The notes under the pieces were generated by a model that saw only the letters and a list, made by a program, of their open reading frames with translations, did no database searches and was not told the DNA's origin. DNA of 55,803 bases, taken from positions 1-55,803 of IMG/VR virus record IMGVR_UViG_3300016472_000794, one strand, 5' to 3'. Source of the stretch: a virus. Its lineage: Duplodnaviria > Caudoviricetes. Of this stretch, positions 53,101 to 55,803 are shown one piece after another; within the stretch, counting starts at the first letter, position 1, and the number at the start of each line of letters is the position of its first letter. The position numbers and the translations under genes are program-made.

Positions 53101-55029
53101 ATGCTCAGCACCCGCCCCAATCCGTTCCTCAACATGACGCCGTGGGCGCAGCAGCAGGCGCTCCAGCAGCAGGCAGCCCTGCTCGCAGCGCAGCAGCAGG
53201 CCGTGCAGGCAAGCATGTTTCAGCAGACCGCCGCGCCGATGTCCGCCGCCACGGCGGCAGCGCCGATGGGATCGGCGGCGATTGCCGCGCCGCAAATGGG
53301 AACGCCCGCCGCCAATCAGGCAGTGATGGCGCGTCCTCGGATGCGCGATTTTCCTGGCGCCATGTCGGTGCAGCGCCCGCCGCGCGCACCGATGCTGCCG
53401 TCGAATCTTCTCCAGAACATCGGCGCCGGCGTGCGCAGCGGTCTCGCGGGCGCGGCGACCAACCCCTTTGTCAACCCGGGCGCCGGCGCGCTGAGCGCGG
53501 GCGCGGGCGCTGTTCGCCCCCTGACGCCGCAAATGACCGCCGCGCCAGCCGCGCCGCAAATGGGGGCGCCGACCCTTGCGCCGCCCGCAGCGGCGAGTCC
53601 TTCGCCCGCCCCCGCCGCCGCGGCGGCGCGCCAGCCGCAGCCGGGCGCGCGCGCACGCGCAGACGACCTCGCCCCTCTGAGCGACCTGGCAAGCCAGGAC
53701 ATTCCGGACCCCGGCGTTCGCGATACGTCAGGTCTCAGCACTGACGGTTTGGGCCCGGTGGAGCCGAAGAAATTCTCTCTCCTTGACCGGCTTGCGCAAG
53801 GCTTCAGCAGCATGGTGACGCCCGATGAAAGCGGAACGTCCGCCATCGAGCGCATGAGTCCTTGGCTCTCGATGATCTCGAACAATGAGGCCAAGTGGCT
53901 GAACGACCCGTCGGCCGGGAAAAGCGGCTGGGGTCAGCTCGGCGAAGACATCGCCCAGGTCAACAATCTCGGACGCCAACGGCAGCGCGAAGACGAGCAG
54001 CTGAAGATGGCCCGCGAGGAGTTCGGCTGGAACAGAAATGCGGCCAGCTTCGCCGACGAGCAGCGTGGTCAGGAGCGCATTAAATGGGCGGATGAGAAGC
54101 AGCGCAAGGCTTTTGTCGCGAACGCCATTCTCGACACGTCCCTGCCCGAGGGGCTGCGGAAATCGCTGCCCTTCATGTCTCATCAGCAGCAATCCGAGGC
54201 GCTGAGCAAATACTACATCATGGGGCCGGATGGCATTCAACGTGTCGGCGACGGCGGTGAGTATGTGAAGGTCGACTGGCGCGGCAATGAGACCGGCACC
54301 GGAAAGTTCACGGCATCAGGCGACAGGCAGTACAGCCTGCAGCGCGCCGGTGCCTATCGCGCCGCTCAGGAGGGCGAGCTGACGCGGCTGCAGCGCCTCA
54401 ACACCGCCGGCAAGATGAACAAGAACATCATGGATTTTCAGCAGGATACGCAACAGCTCGCGAGCGCGCTGCCGTACGCGCAGGCGTCTCTGAGGTCGTG
54501 GAGCCGTGGCCTCAAGAAGCCCGAGGGTTTCGATCCGAACACGTTCGCCCAGCAGGACGCGCAGCTGACGTTCTCGGTGTCCAAAGCGATTCAGGGCGCC
54601 GGCGTCCTGACGGAATCGGACATCCGGACTCTGTCCGCCGCAAGCCTTCCGACCACCGTCGAGAGCCTGCAGAAGTGGCTGACCGGCAGAGGCGGGCAAA
54701 TCGGCGACGTGCAGCGCTACGCCCTTTCGCAGATTCTGGTCAGCCGTGTCGGGGCGATTGAGAACTTGATGCGCCAGCAGTATCTCAATTCGTCTGCGGA
54801 GCTGGCGGCGGTCAATCTGCGACCAGAGGATATCGGTGTTCGGACGCCGGCCTACCTCATACCGCGAGAGGGCGAGCGCGCCTTCAACAGCACGCCGTCG
54901 GGTCAGACGGTGTACGTCCCCCCCGACGCGGTGGCCGATCTCCGGCGCAACCCAACCCCTGAGCGCAAGCGAAGCTTTGAAGACGCGTTTGGCCTGCCTC
55001 GGGGTTCTGCGGACCAATACACTCGGTAA
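53101..55029 (+). CDS. DNA ejection/internal virion protein
   Basis: Low-complexity Gln/Pro/Ala N-terminus with NPF motifs; helical C-terminus with GVLTESD and P.AV..L..NP...F...FG. Confidence 0.65.
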   Translation: MLSTRPNPFLNMTPWAQQQALQQQAALLAAQQQAVQASMFQQTAAPMSAATAAAPMGSAAIAAPQMGTPAANQAVMARPRMRDFPGAMSVQRPPRAPMLPSNLLQNIGAGVRSGLAGAATNPFVNPGAGALSAGAGAVRPLTPQMTAAPAAPQMGAPTLAPPAAASPSPAPAAAAARQPQPGARARADDLAPLSDLASQDIPDPGVRDTSGLSTDGLGPVEPKKFSLLDRLAQGFSSMVTPDESGTSAIERMSPWLSMISNNEAKWLNDPSAGKSGWGQLGEDIAQVNNLGRQRQREDEQLKMAREEFGWNRNAASFADEQRGQERIKWADEKQRKAFVANAILDTSLPEGLRKSLPFMSHQQQSEALSKYYIMGPDGIQRVGDGGEYVKVDWRGNETGTGKFTASGDRQYSLQRAGAYRAAQEGELTRLQRLNTAGKMNKNIMDFQQDTQQLASALPYAQASLRSWSRGLKKPEGFDPNTFAQQDAQLTFSVSKAIQGAGVLTESDIRTLSAASLPTTVESLQKWLTGRGGQIGDVQRYALSQILVSRVGAIENLMRQQYLNSSAELAAVNLRPEDIGVRTPAYLIPREGERAFNSTPSGQTVYVPPDAVADLRRNPTPERKRSFEDAFGLPRGSADQYTR

Positions 55030-55038
55030 GAGGGCGCC

Positions 55039-55803
55039 GTGGCTGAAAACGAGTTCCTCAAATACACGCGACGAGAGCCCGCTGCCCAAGAGGGCAACGA
55101 GTTCCTTAAATATGTGCAGGGCGAGCCATCTCGCAGCATGAACGCAGCGCAGGCTTTCGCCTCTGGCGCCGCAGACGGTCTCACGTTCGGCTTCGGTGAT
55201 GAGGCGATGGGCGTTGGCGGCGGGATCTCGGCGGCGTTGTCCGGCGGCGATTTCGGCTCGGGCTATTCAAACGCCGTCCACGCCTCGCGCGCGCGCCAGC
55301 GCGCCGCCCAGCGCGATCACCAGGGCTGGTTCCTCAGTGGTCAGGTCGCAGGGTCCACCCTGCCCTTCATTGGCCCGGGCCTTGTCGGGCGTGTCGGCGC
55401 AGGCGTTGTCGGTCAGGGCGCGCGCGCCGCTGCGGTTGCGGCGAGCCGGCGCTTCGCGATGCCGGGCGTCAACGCCGCCGAGCGCCTCGCGACCGGCGGC
55501 GGCGGCAATCTCACCCGGCGAATCCTGGCGGGGATGGCGATTGGCGCGCCCTATGGTTTCGTCGCCGGCGCTGGGCATTCTGACGGCGAGACGGTGGGCG
55601 ACTACGCAAGCGACGGCGTGGGCGGCGCCATCTTGGGCGGCGCGTCCGGCGCTGCGTTTCCGGCCGTGTTTGGCGCTGCGGAGGGAATCACCCAGGCGCT
55701 GCGCCCGACGATGCGGGCCGTTTCGACCTCGGCGCCGAAATTCGGCGCGTCCGGCGGCGGCGCAGATGAGATGCGCAGCGCCATGACGGTCGGCGCCGGC
55801 GAT
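55039..55803 (+). CDS. N-terminal part of the large ejection protein (runs off the end; joins 1-1452)
   Basis: GTG start with AGAGG RBS; no stop to the end of the window; NEFLKY twice, GAADGLTFGFGDE. Confidence 0.8.
   Translation, partial: MAENEFLKYTRREPAAQEGNEFLKYVQGEPSRSMNAAQAFASGAADGLTFGFGDEAMGVGGGISAALSGGDFGSGYSNAVHASRARQRAAQRDHQGWFLSGQVAGSTLPFIGPGLVGRVGAGVVGQGARAAAVAASRRFAMPGVNAAERLATGGGGNLTRRILAGMAIGAPYGFVAGAGHSDGETVGDYASDGVGGAILGGASGAAFPAVFGAAEGITQALRPTMRAVSTSAPKFGASGGGADEMRSAMTVGAGD

Larger units (their letters stand above)
1..55803. mobile_element. Probable complete, circularly permuted podovirus-like phage genome
   Basis: Terminase, portal, scaffold, capsid, adaptor, nozzle, ejection, fibre, lysis, replication and recombination genes are all present. 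The ORF at the right end continues in frame into position 1. Confidence 0.9.

Noticed and set aside
1-55803. Integrase/att site, tRNA genes, IS elements, introns or inteins
   Set aside because: No recombinase, transposase or intein motifs and no cloverleaf were recognised; TerL, portal and capsid genes are uninterrupted. This was by-eye only, so small RNAs could be missed.

Overview
The window looks like a complete, circularly permuted ~55.8 kb high-GC tailed phage genome of podovirus type: P22-like portal, N4-gp56/DUF4043-like major capsid protein, ejection proteins and no tape measure. The last ORF (55039-55803) runs in frame into position 1. The host is probably an alphaproteobacterium (inference from gene families and motifs). 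Layout: end of the ejection genes, tail fibre and a holin/spanin cassette with no recognisable endolysin (1-4.6 kb); a leftward early arm with DUF932, NinB, RecT-like, DUF3310, J-domain and HNH-like genes (4.7-16 kb); a rightward arm with a replication initiator, an overlapped two-frame C5 methyltransferase, an AAA ATPase and an Acb2/Tad1-like candidate (16-26.5 kb); and the morphogenesis region (26.6-55.8 kb). No integrase, DNA polymerase, tRNA or CRISPR array was recognised. Main candidate new system: about 11 genes slotted singly between the structural genes. They encode unrelated effector-like domains (kinase, JAB, HExxH peptidase, HhH-glycosylase-like, others) but share short terminal motifs, N-terminal G-A-[LM]-x-A-L-[RS]-R and/or C-terminal GG(A)GAL[GSA]A plus a basic tail. 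One is a 32-aa ORF that is essentially only the motif. This suggests a tag-directed capsid-loading or co-ejection cargo system. Also notable: two parS-like sites with no parB gene, a repeated early promoter/operator element, and a putative late promoter class. All product calls are by-eye motif recognition, not database searches.
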